64,000 nt of DNA from Microcoleus sp. (GCA_052279835.1 CP181291.1:5056001-5120000), one strand, 5' to 3'; shown: positions 31,794 to 42,519, counted from the stretch's first letter. The notes: generated by a model from the sequence alone, not told the origin. Translations and numbers: made by a program.

Positions 31794-33668
31794 TTATAAA
31801 GCAACTCCCAGCCACCCGGTAAAGTTTTGTTTCTGAATCAAACTTGGGTGTTCCACCGCCAGAATCTGATAGCGGGCTGGCCGCGGCGGGGCGAGAGTAA
31901 CCCGACAAGTCCGCAGTTCGTCTTGGTGAAACACTGTCACCTCTACCGTGTCCCCAGGCCGATAATCTTTCAGCCTCTCGCTTGCTTGTTCTGCATTTAC
32001 TACTCGAAAACCGTCGATCGCCAGTAACTCGTCCCCAGCGTCAATTCCCGCCAACTGTGCGGGAGCTCCAGCTTCGACAAATTTAACCATTTCCCGCCCG
32101 TTTTCGACTCCCAAAGTCCAACCCAGGCTAGGAATTTCGTTAGTTTCATCTACCACAAGTTCCAGCCCAAAAGGTGCGAGATATTGGTTGTAGGGTAACT
32201 CTTGGGTACCGTCAACATAGCGCGCCAAAAAATCACTCAAATCCACACCAGCTACCGACTCGATCGCCTCTTGTAACTCTGCTGGAGTAAAACCAATTTC
32301 TGAGGGTAATGAATTATCAAGTAATTCCCCGTTTGCTGGAATTACAGATTTTTTAGTTCCATTGTTTTGAGCGAAATTTGCCTGACCAAATTTCTGCCAC
32401 ATCAAACGCATTACATCATCCAACGAGCGCTCATTGCCGTGTTTTGCCCGAATCAATAAGTCCAGTAAAAACGATATTAACTCCCCTTTTAAGTAATAAG
32501 AAATTTGCGAATTATCGCTATTACTATCCCTGCGGTACAGCTTAATCCAAGTATCCCAACTAGACTCGCTAGCCGATTGTACTTTCCGCCCCGGAGTCGT
32601 TTGCAAGCGAGTAATTTCCTTACCTAGACCCTGCAAAAAACCCTTGACGCCGTAGAGACCTGAGCGAAAAGGAATCACTAAATCGTAATAACTGGTTGTC
32701 CCTTCGGAGAACCACAAAGAAGTAGTATAGCTTTCTTGGTTGTAATCAAATACTTCTAGAGCTTTCGGTCGGATGCGCTTGACATTCCAGAGGTGAAAAA
32801 ATTCGTGGGCCACCAACTGCATAAAGCGATCGTACTTGTCTTTATTCCGAAAACCAAAACGGGGATAATTGAGAGTGCAACTATCTTTGTGTTCCAATCC
32901 CCCAAAACCTGAGCCTGACAAATGCAGTAAAAATACATAACGGTCATAGGGCAAACCGCCAAACATTTTCGCTTCGACTTCGATCACTTTTTGGATATCT
33001 CGAATTACCTGTTCCGGTTGTAAATTACCTTTACCCCACACAACTAGCTGGTGGTTTTTCCCCATTACTTCAAAATCGTACAAATCGTGACAGCCAATTT
33101 CAAAAGGAGTGTCTACGAGAGTGTCGAAATCCACCGCCTCGAAAGTATAGGGTTCCCCAGAAACGGGTGGTAAAGTAGTAACTATCCGCCATTCTGGTCG
33201 CGGCGGGACAATTTTTATCCTGTAACAATTGCTCTCAAATCCTGGTAATAAAAAGCACAGAGCTGCGGGATTGAAATAACCGTGAGTTGAATCTAAATGA
33301 TTGGTTCGGACTGTCAGTTCGTTAGCAAAAATCCGGTAATTAACTGTTACATCAGAAACCGAATTAGTCTCGATTTGCCAGTGATTTTTGCTTTGTTTGC
33401 GCCAAGATAAGGAGCGATCGCCCTCAGTGGTCGAGCTAAAATCTTGCAGGTGTTTGGCATACTCTCGAACCAAGTAAGAACCGGGAGTCCAGACAGGCAT
33501 TTTTAAATCCATCATCGGCTCAGACCAACCTTGCACGCGCAAAGTCACTTCAAACAAGTGAGATTCAGGATTGGGCATCGCCACAGAATATTCAATGGTC
33601 GGTGCTTGAGGTTGCTTTGAAAGATTCGCGGCAACCAACGAGGTATCCAAAGAGGTGACATCAGTCAT
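31794..33668 (-). CDS. M61-family metallopeptidase with PDZ domain
   Basis: MPVWTPGSY, GGLEH, AHEFFHLWNVKRIRP, LWFSEGTTSYY, C-terminal GDELLAIDG. Confidence 0.92.
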   Translation of the reverse strand: MTDVTSLDTSLVAANLSKQPQAPTIEYSVAMPNPESHLFEVTLRVQGWSEPMMDLKMPVWTPGSYLVREYAKHLQDFSSTTEGDRSLSWRKQSKNHWQIETNSVSDVTVNYRIFANELTVRTNHLDSTHGYFNPAALCFLLPGFESNCYRIKIVPPRPEWRIVTTLPPVSGEPYTFEAVDFDTLVDTPFEIGCHDLYDFEVMGKNHQLVVWGKGNLQPEQVIRDIQKVIEVEAKMFGGLPYDRYVFLLHLSGSGFGGLEHKDSCTLNYPRFGFRNKDKYDRFMQLVAHEFFHLWNVKRIRPKALEVFDYNQESYTTSLWFSEGTTSYYDLVIPFRSGLYGVKGFLQGLGKEITRLQTTPGRKVQSASESSWDTWIKLYRRDSNSDNSQISYYLKGELISFLLDLLIRAKHGNERSLDDVMRLMWQKFGQANFAQNNGTKKSVIPANGELLDNSLPSEIGFTPAELQEAIESVAGVDLSDFLARYVDGTQELPYNQYLAPFGLELVVDETNEIPSLGWTLGVENGREMVKFVEAGAPAQLAGIDAGDELLAIDGFRVVNAEQASERLKDYRPGDTVEVTVFHQDELRTCRVTLAPPRPARYQILAVEHPSLIQKQNFTGWLGVAL

Positions 33669-34345
33669 TGACTTGCTAAATTCATCAAGTGCTTGAGGTT
33701 AATCAAATGGATAGTTTGGCGTTCGGGATCGACACTAATCCAGCCTTTGCTATCGAGTTTTTCCATAATTTTGCTGGTTTCATCTAGGGCGATTTCTGTA
33801 ATGTCCGCTAAGTCTTCATAGGGGATATTAAAGATATCTTTGCCCTGGGCCGTTTTCTGACCGTAGTTTTCTGCCAGCTCGACTAAGGTATTTGCTAGTT
33901 TAACCGCTGGCTGGCGGTTTCGGAGTTGATAGCGGAGATTTGTTTGGCGGAGTCGCCGTACCATCAGTTGCAGCATTCGGTGGTGCAACTGCGGATCTTT
34001 GAACAGGGTTTGGATAAATCGCTGAGCCGTAACGCTGATCAGTCGCACGGGTGATAAAGCAAGTACGTCATTCGATCGCGGAGATTCGTCCAGAATCGCC
34101 ATTTCGCCGAAGAATGCACCCCTACCCAAAATAGCCATTGATACGGCTCGATCGCCAGACAGGTGTCTGACTTTGACCCACCCGGAAACTACAAAGTAAA
34201 TGGCGTTACCCCAAGAATCCTCCATCAAAACGGCTCTGCCTGCGGGATACTCGTGCTTGACGGCATTGGATAGTAGCCCTCCCAAGGTTTCTGGGTTAGC
34301 ACCCTTAAACAGGGGGAAAAGCTCACTGAAAGCTTCTGTCTTCAT
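33665..34345 (-). CDS. Crp/Fnr-family transcriptional regulator
   Basis: FFGEMAILDESPRS cNMP-binding motif and C-terminal HTH; start moved to MKTEAF because the longer ORF begins inside the adjacent element. Confidence 0.88.
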   Translation of the reverse strand: MKTEAFSELFPLFKGANPETLGGLLSNAVKHEYPAGRAVLMEDSWGNAIYFVVSGWVKVRHLSGDRAVSMAILGRGAFFGEMAILDESPRSNDVLALSPVRLISVTAQRFIQTLFKDPQLHHRMLQLMVRRLRQTNLRYQLRNRQPAVKLANTLVELAENYGQKTAQGKDIFNIPYEDLADITEIALDETSKIMEKLDSKGWISVDPERQTIHLINLKHLMNLASQ

Positions 34346-34368
34346 GCAAGTTCGCTGAGGTAGGAAAT

Positions 34369-34575
34369 TTGACATCCTCACCGCACTGTGAGGGCGGTGA
34401 TTCTTGACACTTCCGAAAGGTGATCCTACCCAAGTAGTTTCACTCTCCCGACTTGTCCATTTAGAGTCGTGGCCATGCCCTATCCCGACTTTTTACATTA
34501 GACCATAGGACTGGTGGCACTGATGCACAAAAGCCGCCCTGGGGAAGGACGGGGTTTTCAACCCAGTTTACTGTT
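34369..34575 (-). mobile_element. ORF-less miniature IS200/IS605 derivative (left-end hairpin, putative omegaRNA scaffold, right end)
   Basis: Minus strand starts AAACTGGGTTGAAAACCCCGTCCTTCCCCAGGGCGGCTTT and ends GTCAAGAATCACCGCCCTCACAGTGCGGTGAGGATGTCAA. Confidence 0.7.
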
Positions 34576-34617
34576 GACAGGACTCAGGCGCGGTTGACGC
34601 CCAATCCACAGATTTTT

Positions 34618-35517
34618 TCATAGTCTACTGGTCGATCGCCCTCCTACTGCTATGCGAACTTTTGGTAACAGAGATTCTATGTACTCCGGCTGGCCGATCG
34701 CGATCGCCTGAGAGTGGGCCAGACTTGCCGGATCTAGAGCATCGGGAGTCCACCGCAGAGGTTGACCTTCCAAGTCGCAGCAGACTAATCCGGCTGCCTT
34801 GGCTAGGGCGAGAGGGCCTGCGGTATCCCACACTTTGACTCTACCGTTGAAGTAGAGGTACAAACCGGCTCTACCGCTGATGACTTCGATCACTTTTAAG
34901 CCAAAGCTGCCGAGGGAATAAAATTCGACACCTGGTATGATTTGAGCGATCGCCATACCGTAGTTTTTCTGATCTTTATCTCCCAGGACAATTTTACAAC
35001 TATCTGCTGTCGGAGCCGGTGATTTGTGCAGGGCGATCGCAGAAGGCTTCGAGTCTCCAAGGGTTTGGAACAAGCCCCAATCTTTCCCGCCGAAGTACAT
35101 CTGCTCAAAAGCCGGAGCGTAGATCCAACCCGCTACCGGTTCCCCCTCTTGCAGGAGCCCCACCATCAGGGCATAGTGGAGTTTCCCTTGAATAAATTCT
35201 TCGGTGCCGTCTAGGGGGTCAATGCACCAGAGGCTCTTGTAATTACCCAGGTAAGCTGCTCTGGATGCGGCATTTTCCTCAGTAATTATACCGTCTTCAG
35301 GAAACAATGCACCAAAGACGGTGGATAGCTGTTGGTCTAAGAATCGATCGATACTGGTTACGTAGTCGTTTGGCCCTTTCTCGCAAACTTCAAAGGGTTC
35401 TGCTGCGAGTTTTTGAGCTTGTGCACCGCACTCCCGCAGGGTAGAACGAATTTTTTGGTCTTGGTCAGGAGTAATATACATGATATCAAGTCTGGTTGAG
35501 TGTTCCACAATAGACAT
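34618..35517 (-). CDS. Inositol monophosphatase/CysQ-family phosphatase
   Basis: IITEEN, WCIDPLDGTEEF, KVWDTAG. Confidence 0.88.
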   Translation of the reverse strand: MSIVEHSTRLDIMYITPDQDQKIRSTLRECGAQAQKLAAEPFEVCEKGPNDYVTSIDRFLDQQLSTVFGALFPEDGIITEENAASRAAYLGNYKSLWCIDPLDGTEEFIQGKLHYALMVGLLQEGEPVAGWIYAPAFEQMYFGGKDWGLFQTLGDSKPSAIALHKSPAPTADSCKIVLGDKDQKNYGMAIAQIIPGVEFYSLGSFGLKVIEVISGRAGLYLYFNGRVKVWDTAGPLALAKAAGLVCCDLEGQPLRWTPDALDPASLAHSQAIAIGQPEYIESLLPKVRIAVGGRSTSRL

Positions 35518-35927
35518 CTGGTCTCAAAAAACCTGTGAACAACAAACTGTTTGGCCTGTTTCACAGGAATTATGGGAGATGTCTAATAGTCTACGAGCAT
35601 CGGGCGGAGGGGACCTCTGGCGATCGCCAATGAGAAGGTGGAAGCCGAACTATATTAAGCTACCCACATATTTTTCTATTTCCCCCTGCCATTCCAGCCT
35701 AAATTCTCTGGTTGTTGATAATTTATCTCGCTTCCGGTTGCATGGTCATGATTTAACCGCAGAGAACACAGAGGACACAGAGGGAGAGCAGAGATATTTA
35801 AGTAATTTATAGGGAGATAGGATTTAATATTGTAAATTGATTTTTAGACGTTTTTTAATAAAATAAATTATCGCTAAGTTTTCAATTATTTTGGTGATTT
35901 TTTACCATCAATTACCTTCTATTCCCA

Positions 35928-36623
35928 TTACAAACAAAGTTCTTGGACTCGCTCCAATTCCAAATCTGCAAAAAAGTCCACCGTCCAATTAGCTTGGCGC
36001 TGGATCATATGAAACGGGTAAGTGTGAGTGACACCCAATACCTGAATCCCCGCTGTTTTTGCCGCTTCAATCCCAGCCAAAGTATTTTCCACCGCCAAAC
36101 ACTCCCCCGGTTCCAGGTTCCATCCTGGATATTTCTGATTCATCAGTTCCACAGCCAACAGATAGCCGTCTGGTGCTGGTTTGCTCGCCTTTACATCATC
36201 CCCTGTGACAATTAATTCAAAGTTTTCTGTCAAACCAGCCAGATTTAAAACTAATTCTATATCCGATCGCATAGCCCCACTGACTATGGCGATTTTGAGT
36301 CCGGCGGCCCGAATTTTAGCAATAAACTCTGCTAAACCTGGATAAATCGGCAATGTTTCCAGACTATCGATTATGGCTTGATAAGCTTGGGCTTTGCGGA
36401 GTAACAACCGTTGGAGGTAAACTTCTGTCACAAAACGCCCTCTGCGACTCAATAGTTCGACAATGCAAGCGCGATCGCTCTTTCCCAAACAAACAGCTCG
36501 AAACTCACCGCGTTTGAGCTGAAGATTTTCCTCCAGCATCAATTTATCGATTATTTGCTCGTGAATCTGCTCGTCATGAATAATCACGCCGTTAAAATCA
36601 AAAAAAACTGTTTTGAGAGTCAT
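35928..36623 (-). CDS. HAD-superfamily hydrolase
   Basis: FFDFNGVI, IVSG, SKPAPDGY, AVENTLAGI. Confidence 0.88.
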   Translation of the reverse strand: MTLKTVFFDFNGVIIHDEQIHEQIIDKLMLEENLQLKRGEFRAVCLGKSDRACIVELLSRRGRFVTEVYLQRLLLRKAQAYQAIIDSLETLPIYPGLAEFIAKIRAAGLKIAIVSGAMRSDIELVLNLAGLTENFELIVTGDDVKASKPAPDGYLLAVELMNQKYPGWNLEPGECLAVENTLAGIEAAKTAGIQVLGVTHTYPFHMIQRQANWTVDFFADLELERVQELCL

Positions 36624-36733
36624 GAGTTATTTGTTATTGGTAATTCGTTATTGGTAATTGGTTATTTATGATTTTTAAGTCCGCACAGGCGGACTAAAGT
36701 TTGTGGATCGGGGAAATTACATTCGGCGATAAA

Positions 36734-37633
36734 TCAAGCAGGAGCGGGAAAGCCTTGTAAATCGCCATCCACATCAGGAGTGCGATCGAGCCAATTCCAG
36801 CCCCACGCCGCCCGCACATCCTCCAAATTTTGACCCGGAAGAGGTTTAACGCCTTGCGTCACCTGATTTACCCACCAGTGATCCTGAGTTTGTACTGAGC
36901 AGAAGCCCGCTGCTCCCATCCAAGCATCAATGCTACCCACTGCGTAAGACTTAATATAAGGCTCCTCAAAGATATCAGTCAGCCACTGTGTCTGGCGCAA
37001 AGTTTTCTGATTCCCGTCCAAAATTACTACTTGTCCCCCAACTCCCAGCAATCGGAAACTTTCTCGCAAAATAGCCTGCGATACAGCAGGTGGTGTCTCA
37101 TGAAACAGCAAGGAAGCAGTCACTAAATCGAAGCTAGCATCGGGAAAACCCACGCTTTCGGCATTACCGTGACACCACTGGATATGGCATCCGGCTTTTT
37201 GAGCTTTCATGTCGGCTACTACCAACATATAAGGCGATAAGTCGAGGCCGATAACTTCCGCTTCGGGAAAGGTTTGCTTGAGCAGGAGGGTGGTTGAACC
37301 GGTGCCGCATCCCAAATCGATAATGCGACGGGGCTTAACCCGTACTGCATCAATTAAGCCTTGCCTGACGACTGTTTCGTTAGGAGGCAAAACATACTGG
37401 GTAATGGGATCGTAGGAAACGGCGGCACTGGGATTGAGGTAGCCCCCTTTAATGCCGTGAAAGTTTTGGCTGCTGTAATATTCAGGATAAACTAGGTCTG
37501 GTTGTCGGTAGCTCCCGGCTGCTGTTTCCCAGTCGATACTTTGGTAGAATCGTCCGATTGCTTCTTCGTCGATCGCCAGTCGAATTAAGGGCGATAAAAA
37601 GCGTTCAAAAATTGTCTCCTTGCCAACCGCCAT
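36734..37633 (-). CDS. Class I SAM-dependent methyltransferase
   Basis: IIDLGCGTGS, GLDLSPYML, FDLVTASLLFHE. Confidence 0.88.
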   Translation of the reverse strand: MAVGKETIFERFLSPLIRLAIDEEAIGRFYQSIDWETAAGSYRQPDLVYPEYYSSQNFHGIKGGYLNPSAAVSYDPITQYVLPPNETVVRQGLIDAVRVKPRRIIDLGCGTGSTTLLLKQTFPEAEVIGLDLSPYMLVVADMKAQKAGCHIQWCHGNAESVGFPDASFDLVTASLLFHETPPAVSQAILRESFRLLGVGGQVVILDGNQKTLRQTQWLTDIFEEPYIKSYAVGSIDAWMGAAGFCSVQTQDHWWVNQVTQGVKPLPGQNLEDVRAAWGWNWLDRTPDVDGDLQGFPAPA

Positions 37634-37687
37634 AAAACTCCTCTCAATATTAACTTTTTCATCCTAGCCAATAGCAAGGAACTTCAA

Positions 37688-40204
37688 CTACAGACTACTG
37701 ACTTCTTCCTTTTTCCTTCTTCCTTCCCCCATTGTCCCCCCCAATGGTAGCGTTTCCTTCTTGCTTCTGGCTTCTTGCTTGCCCTTATGAAAAGGAATTT
37801 TCACCGCAAATTCCGTGCCTCGGCCAGGAGGTGTAGAAATATTGATCGTGCCACCATGTCCGTCAACTACAATTTTATAGCTAATCGCTAAGCCTAAACC
37901 CGTGCCTTTGCCAACGGGTTTAGTCGTAAAAAACGGGTTGAAAATTTGATCTTTAATTTTCTCAGGAATTCCCGGACCGTTATCGGCGATCGCCACTTTG
38001 ATAAATTTAGCACCATTTTCTCTCAGTAATGCTGTAGAAATAGTAATAATTTTATCCCGGCGATTGCTCTCAAACAAAGCATCGATCGCATTGCTGAGCA
38101 AGTTCATAAAAACCTGATTGAGCTGTGAAGGATAGCACTCTACTAAGGGTAAATCTCCGTAGTGTTTGACTACATAAATTCCATTTTTAATCCGATTGGA
38201 TAGCAGCAGCAAGGTATTATCAATACCTTCGTGAATATCGGCTAGTTTTTTGTCGGATTCGTCTAGTCTAGAAAAGTTGCGTAAGGAAAGCACTATATTG
38301 CGAATCCGTTCTGTTCCTATTTTCATAGAATTCAACATTTGTGGCAAATCTTCTTCGATAAAATCTAGCTCAATTTCTGTGGCAAAATCTTCAATTTCCG
38401 GGGGAATCTCTGGAAAAGCTTGTTTGTATAAACTCACCAATTCCAATAAGTTGGTAGTATATTTTGTGGTATAGGGCAAGTTAGCAAAAATGAAGTTGAC
38501 AGGGTTATTGATTTCGTGGGCTATCCCGGCTACCATTTGACCTAGGGATGACATTTTTTCACTTTGCACTAAATGAGTTTGAGTTTTTTTGAGTTCAGTT
38601 AAGGTGCTGTTGAGTAGTTTTACTTGGTCTTGAGTTTGGCTGTAAAGATGAGCTTGAGTAATGGCGATCGCCAGTTGGTCTGCTACAGCTTTTAATAATT
38701 GAACTTCTTCTTTACTCCAAAACCAGTGACTAGCATGACTGCAAATTAAATAACCGTGGGACTGACTTTGAGTCAGGACTGGTACAGCTAAATAACTGTT
38801 ACGTTTTAATTGTAAATCTAAGTTTTTTTCTGATAAAAAACTATCGGCAGGAAGCATAATTTGCTCGCTTTTTTCTAGCGGCAATGACAAATTATTTACG
38901 CAGTAAGGAGCAAACTGTTTTCTGGGGTGTGGATGCTCTGACTTACAATATTCCCACATAATTTGTAACATTTGCTCTTCCGGTTCGTACCAACCAAATC
39001 CAGCTTGTTCTAAATGCAGCAAAATTACTATTTCTTCTACTGTGCTTTGTACGATTTTTTCTAATTCTAGGGAAGCACGAATGCGTCCAGAAATCCGGTT
39101 CAACATGGCTTCTCTCTCGGCTTGAGCGCGATTGTTTTCCGAGGAGTAAATTACCCAAATGGCTGCTAACATTGCCGGACCGAGCAGTCCGCCAGCAACA
39201 AAAGTCAACAAATTTAAGGCTTGTAGTTGAGATTCAATATTTTCGCGGGGAATTACTAAAGCCATTGACCAGTTAACTTCATGGAGTGGTGTATAGGCTA
39301 CATAAACCCATTTTTTGTCTATTTTTACCAGTTCTATATTCGTTTGGCGAGCGGTCATTTTACGCGCAATTGCTGCTAGTGCATGGTCTGGTGAGTTTAA
39401 AAAACTTGGGGCGGGTTCGTCGATATTTCCAATTAAATTATTGTTGGGGTGTACAATGGGGACTCCTTGGGAATTTAGCGCAAAAGCATAACTTTCTGAA
39501 CCGTAGTACAAGCTTTTTGCCACCTTGGCTACTCGGTCTACTTTGATGCTGCCTGCAATCACTCCAATTGCTTTGTTGGGAGTGGGAGGCAAGGCCCAAA
39601 TGGGAGCTGCAATGATGATTGTAGAAACCTTTGTACTCCTGCCTACCAAGGGGTCAGAAACGTTTACTTTTCCCGACATGGCTATTTTAAAATGTTGGCG
39701 GTCTTTGCTGTTTGTGCTAGTACCTAAAGTGTTTTGTACCGACCCATTTGCTTGAATCAATGACAGGACAAAATATTCTTTTAATCTGTAGGTTTCTCCT
39801 TGTAAAATAGGTTCAGCCAAGGTCCAATTTAGAGTACGAATAGTGGGAGAATAAGCGATGGTTTCTATTTCTGCTTTGCGACTGCTGAGCCAGTTATCGA
39901 TTTCATCGCTACCTTTTTCTAGTTTTAATAGTGCTATTTCTTTTAAATTATCCAGAATTAGTCCGCGCACCACAAAATAGCTGATGCAAGCAGTGGTGCT
40001 AATACTTAAAGCGGTGCCACCCAGAATTAGCAGAGTCAGCAAGTGGCGGCGATGTCGTCTGTGTTCCCAAAGGCTGTGCAGTTGCTGCCAGCGCGTTCGA
40101 GCACTGATGCCGATGTTTCGCCATAAGTGGCGCAGCTTTTTTGTTTGCTTGGGAGGCTGTGCAGACACAGCGCAGGATTGATTTGCTGAGTTTTGCATCG
40201 TCAA
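37688..40204 (-). CDS. Membrane histidine kinase with Cache and GAF domains
   Basis: TM-Cache-TM-GAF; AHEINNP, DNGPG, GKGTGLGL; C-terminal tail is repeat-derived. Confidence 0.9.
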   Translation of the reverse strand: MTMQNSANQSCAVSAQPPKQTKKLRHLWRNIGISARTRWQQLHSLWEHRRHRRHLLTLLILGGTALSISTTACISYFVVRGLILDNLKEIALLKLEKGSDEIDNWLSSRKAEIETIAYSPTIRTLNWTLAEPILQGETYRLKEYFVLSLIQANGSVQNTLGTSTNSKDRQHFKIAMSGKVNVSDPLVGRSTKVSTIIIAAPIWALPPTPNKAIGVIAGSIKVDRVAKVAKSLYYGSESYAFALNSQGVPIVHPNNNLIGNIDEPAPSFLNSPDHALAAIARKMTARQTNIELVKIDKKWVYVAYTPLHEVNWSMALVIPRENIESQLQALNLLTFVAGGLLGPAMLAAIWVIYSSENNRAQAEREAMLNRISGRIRASLELEKIVQSTVEEIVILLHLEQAGFGWYEPEEQMLQIMWEYCKSEHPHPRKQFAPYCVNNLSLPLEKSEQIMLPADSFLSEKNLDLQLKRNSYLAVPVLTQSQSHGYLICSHASHWFWSKEEVQLLKAVADQLAIAITQAHLYSQTQDQVKLLNSTLTELKKTQTHLVQSEKMSSLGQMVAGIAHEINNPVNFIFANLPYTTKYTTNLLELVSLYKQAFPEIPPEIEDFATEIELDFIEEDLPQMLNSMKIGTERIRNIVLSLRNFSRLDESDKKLADIHEGIDNTLLLLSNRIKNGIYVVKHYGDLPLVECYPSQLNQVFMNLLSNAIDALFESNRRDKIITISTALLRENGAKFIKVAIADNGPGIPEKIKDQIFNPFFTTKPVGKGTGLGLAISYKIVVDGHGGTINISTPPGRGTEFAVKIPFHKGKQEARSKKETLPLGGTMGEGRRKKEEVSSL

Positions 40205-40407
40205 TTTTTCTCTTTTTAGTCGCTCGATTTGAGATTTTAGATTTTAGAATTAATTGTTACTTTAGGTAATATTTGAGGATCTATCTCGTTTGTATAACAA
40301 AATAATTTGAAATAACACAGAAAAATTACGGAGTTTTCTTAATTAAAATACAATTTTAATTCAGGGTAAATACTTATTGACAATAATATTAATTCATGCT
40401 TTCTGAT

Positions 40408-41136
40408 TCAAGATGAGATTTTTTCCTCTAAGGCTTTTTTGGCAAAGCGGGTTACGTAAACTGTAAGAGCGATCGTTGCTACCAAACCAATACCGTACAG
40501 CAGCCACTCAGCAGCCGTGCGCGATCGCCCTTGGGTTCCCAGTGCAGCCAAACTTCCAGCCAAGGAACCGATATAAACATACATCACAGTTCCGGGAATC
40601 ATACCGATCCAAGATGCGAAAAAATAGTCTCTGAGAGATACCTGCGTGACCCCAAAAGCATAGTTAAGCAAATTAAACGGAAAAATTGGAGAAAGTCTAG
40701 TGAGTAACACTATTTTCCATCCTTCAGAGGCAACTGCGGAGTCGATCGCCTGAAACTTTTGATTTCCTTGTATCTGCTGAGAAACCCAGTCGCGAGTTAA
40801 ATATCGCCCTGTTAAAAAAGCACAAGTTGCACCTAAAACCGAGCCGATGGAAACGCAAACTGAACCGCCCAATACTCCGAATAAAACACCAGAACCCAAA
40901 GTCAGCAACGAACCAGGAATAAACAGAACTGTTGCGACAATGTAAATGAGAATAAAAGCTGCCGGGCCCCAAGGACCAAGACTGGCGATCGACTCCAAGG
41001 CCTTTTGCAGAATTATTTGAAAGTTAAAAAACTTGGCTCCTACAATCAAAGCTACAATTAAAACCACCACTAAAATCAACTTCCAATGGTTTGATGGTTG
41101 CCGATTGTCTGGGATTGGCGATCGAGAATCATTCAT
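40408..41136 (-). CDS. TVP38/DedA (VTT domain) membrane protein
   Basis: LFIPGSLLTLGSG, LTRLSPIFPFNLLNYAFG, GMIPGT. Confidence 0.9.
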   Translation of the reverse strand: MNDSRSPIPDNRQPSNHWKLILVVVLIVALIVGAKFFNFQIILQKALESIASLGPWGPAAFILIYIVATVLFIPGSLLTLGSGVLFGVLGGSVCVSIGSVLGATCAFLTGRYLTRDWVSQQIQGNQKFQAIDSAVASEGWKIVLLTRLSPIFPFNLLNYAFGVTQVSLRDYFFASWIGMIPGTVMYVYIGSLAGSLAALGTQGRSRTAAEWLLYGIGLVATIALTVYVTRFAKKALEEKISS

Positions 41137-41204
41137 TATTTCAAATCTCCATTCTCAATAACATGGGTATTGGGCGTTAGCCATCGCGCATAATTTCTTC
41201 CATC

Positions 41205-41328
41205 TTCCTGAATTTCCCCCCAAGGGGTGTTCTTCTTCCTTCACCCCTTGGGGGGGTTCTTTTTCCTTCACCCCTGGGGGGGTTCTTTTTCCATCCCCCC
41301 TTGGGGGGGGTAGGGGGGGTTCTTCTTC
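41205..41328. repeat. Degenerate tandem copies of the C-run/G-run plus TTCTTCC repeat family
   Basis: About four CCCC(C)TTGGGGGGG-TTCTT units between arsS and the DedA gene. Confidence 0.75.
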
Positions 41329-42315
41329 TCAAATCAAAGTACCGCCACAACTAGAACCTGAACCAGCCGTACAACCATAGCAATAAGCAGCAGTTTGCAC
41401 CTCTGGAATCAAATCTAGACTCCCAGATTCTAACAATTTAGCCACTGTAATAGTTTCACCACTGCTAGTTTTAGCTGGCAGATTTTCCATTTGGTTAAAA
41501 TCGCAGTCGTAAACATTGCCCAAATAGTCGATCGACAATTCATTGCGACACATTAAATGTTCTAGAGTACCGGGATTAAAATTATCCTCCAAAAACCCCA
41601 GATAAGGCTTGTGCAGTTTCTGATGTTCCAAATGAAACTTAGTCCGCCCCACCGGCAAATTAGTAATCGCGAACAATTGATTAAAACAAATCCCAAAATG
41701 TTCCGCTAAATAAACCTTGTAATCTTCCTCTAACTTCCCTTGTTCCGGCGTTAGCGAAAACTTATCTGTGGCCGGCACTTGCGGATTGTAGACCAAATCC
41801 AGAATCAAATTTGGGTTTTTGCCATATCCCAACTGATTTAGCTTTTGCAGCGCCAGAATCGAACAATCAAAAACACCGTTGCCACGCATTTTGTCAACAT
41901 TATCAGCTTGGTAGCAGGGAAGCGATGCCACAATTCTGAGTTGGCGATCCGCGCAATATTCGGGAATATCCTCAAAACCTTTTTCAAAGTAAATCGTCAA
42001 ATTAGAACGAACAATTACCTCTTTACCTGCCGCCCTGGCTGCTTCCGCCAGCGGTTTAAAACCGTAAAGCATCTCTGGAGCACCGCCGGTGAGGTCAACA
42101 GTTTGAATTTGAGGAAAACGGCGAATGATTTCAATTAATTGGTCGCAAATTTCCGGGGAAAGTTCTTCTGTTCGTTTCGGGCTAGCTTCTACGTGGCAGT
42201 GAGTGCAAGCGAGGTTGCAGCGTTTGCCCAGATTAATTTGTAAGACTGTAATTTGCTTTTTAGTTAAAGCTGAGTTGAGTTTGTTTTTGAAAGGCGTCAG
42301 TGCTGTCTGAATCAT
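41329..42315 (-). CDS. arsS: Arsenosugar biosynthesis radical SAM protein
   Basis: LQINLGKRCNLACTHCHVEASP CX3CX2C motif, ASLPCY, LMCR, YDCDFNQM, CYGCTAGSGSSCGG. Confidence 0.85.
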   Translation of the reverse strand: MIQTALTPFKNKLNSALTKKQITVLQINLGKRCNLACTHCHVEASPKRTEELSPEICDQLIEIIRRFPQIQTVDLTGGAPEMLYGFKPLAEAARAAGKEVIVRSNLTIYFEKGFEDIPEYCADRQLRIVASLPCYQADNVDKMRGNGVFDCSILALQKLNQLGYGKNPNLILDLVYNPQVPATDKFSLTPEQGKLEEDYKVYLAEHFGICFNQLFAITNLPVGRTKFHLEHQKLHKPYLGFLEDNFNPGTLEHLMCRNELSIDYLGNVYDCDFNQMENLPAKTSSGETITVAKLLESGSLDLIPEVQTAAYCYGCTAGSGSSCGGTLI

Positions 42316-42400
42316 GTGCTAAACTTTTTAGTCTTTGCTCGCAACGAATTTAGAGGCGTTCTGGTGGAACGTCTCTGATAATTTAGCATGAATTCAGCCT

Positions 42401-42519
42401 CGGCGGTTAGAAACCGCGGCTACACAAGCAAAGTCTGCCTCCGCAGACTGAAGAGAAATTCTTGATTCTTCAACCCGCGCAGGCGGGTTTTGTTTTTGTA
42501 GTCGCGATTTCAATCGCCG
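42401..42519. repeat. ~120-bp inverted-repeat element, copy 1
   Basis: CGGCGGTTAGAAACCGCGGCTACAC...GTAGTCGCGATTTCAATCGCCG with two internal hairpins; half copy at ~2135-2185. Confidence 0.85.

Noticed and set aside
34346..34381. Longer start (MRMSNF) for the Crp-family gene
   Set aside because: The upstream start codons lie within the right end of the mini-element
36734..37633. Methyltransferase as the missing ArsM
   Set aside because: I could not see the conserved ArsM cysteine pattern, and it is separated from arsS by the DedA and kinase genes
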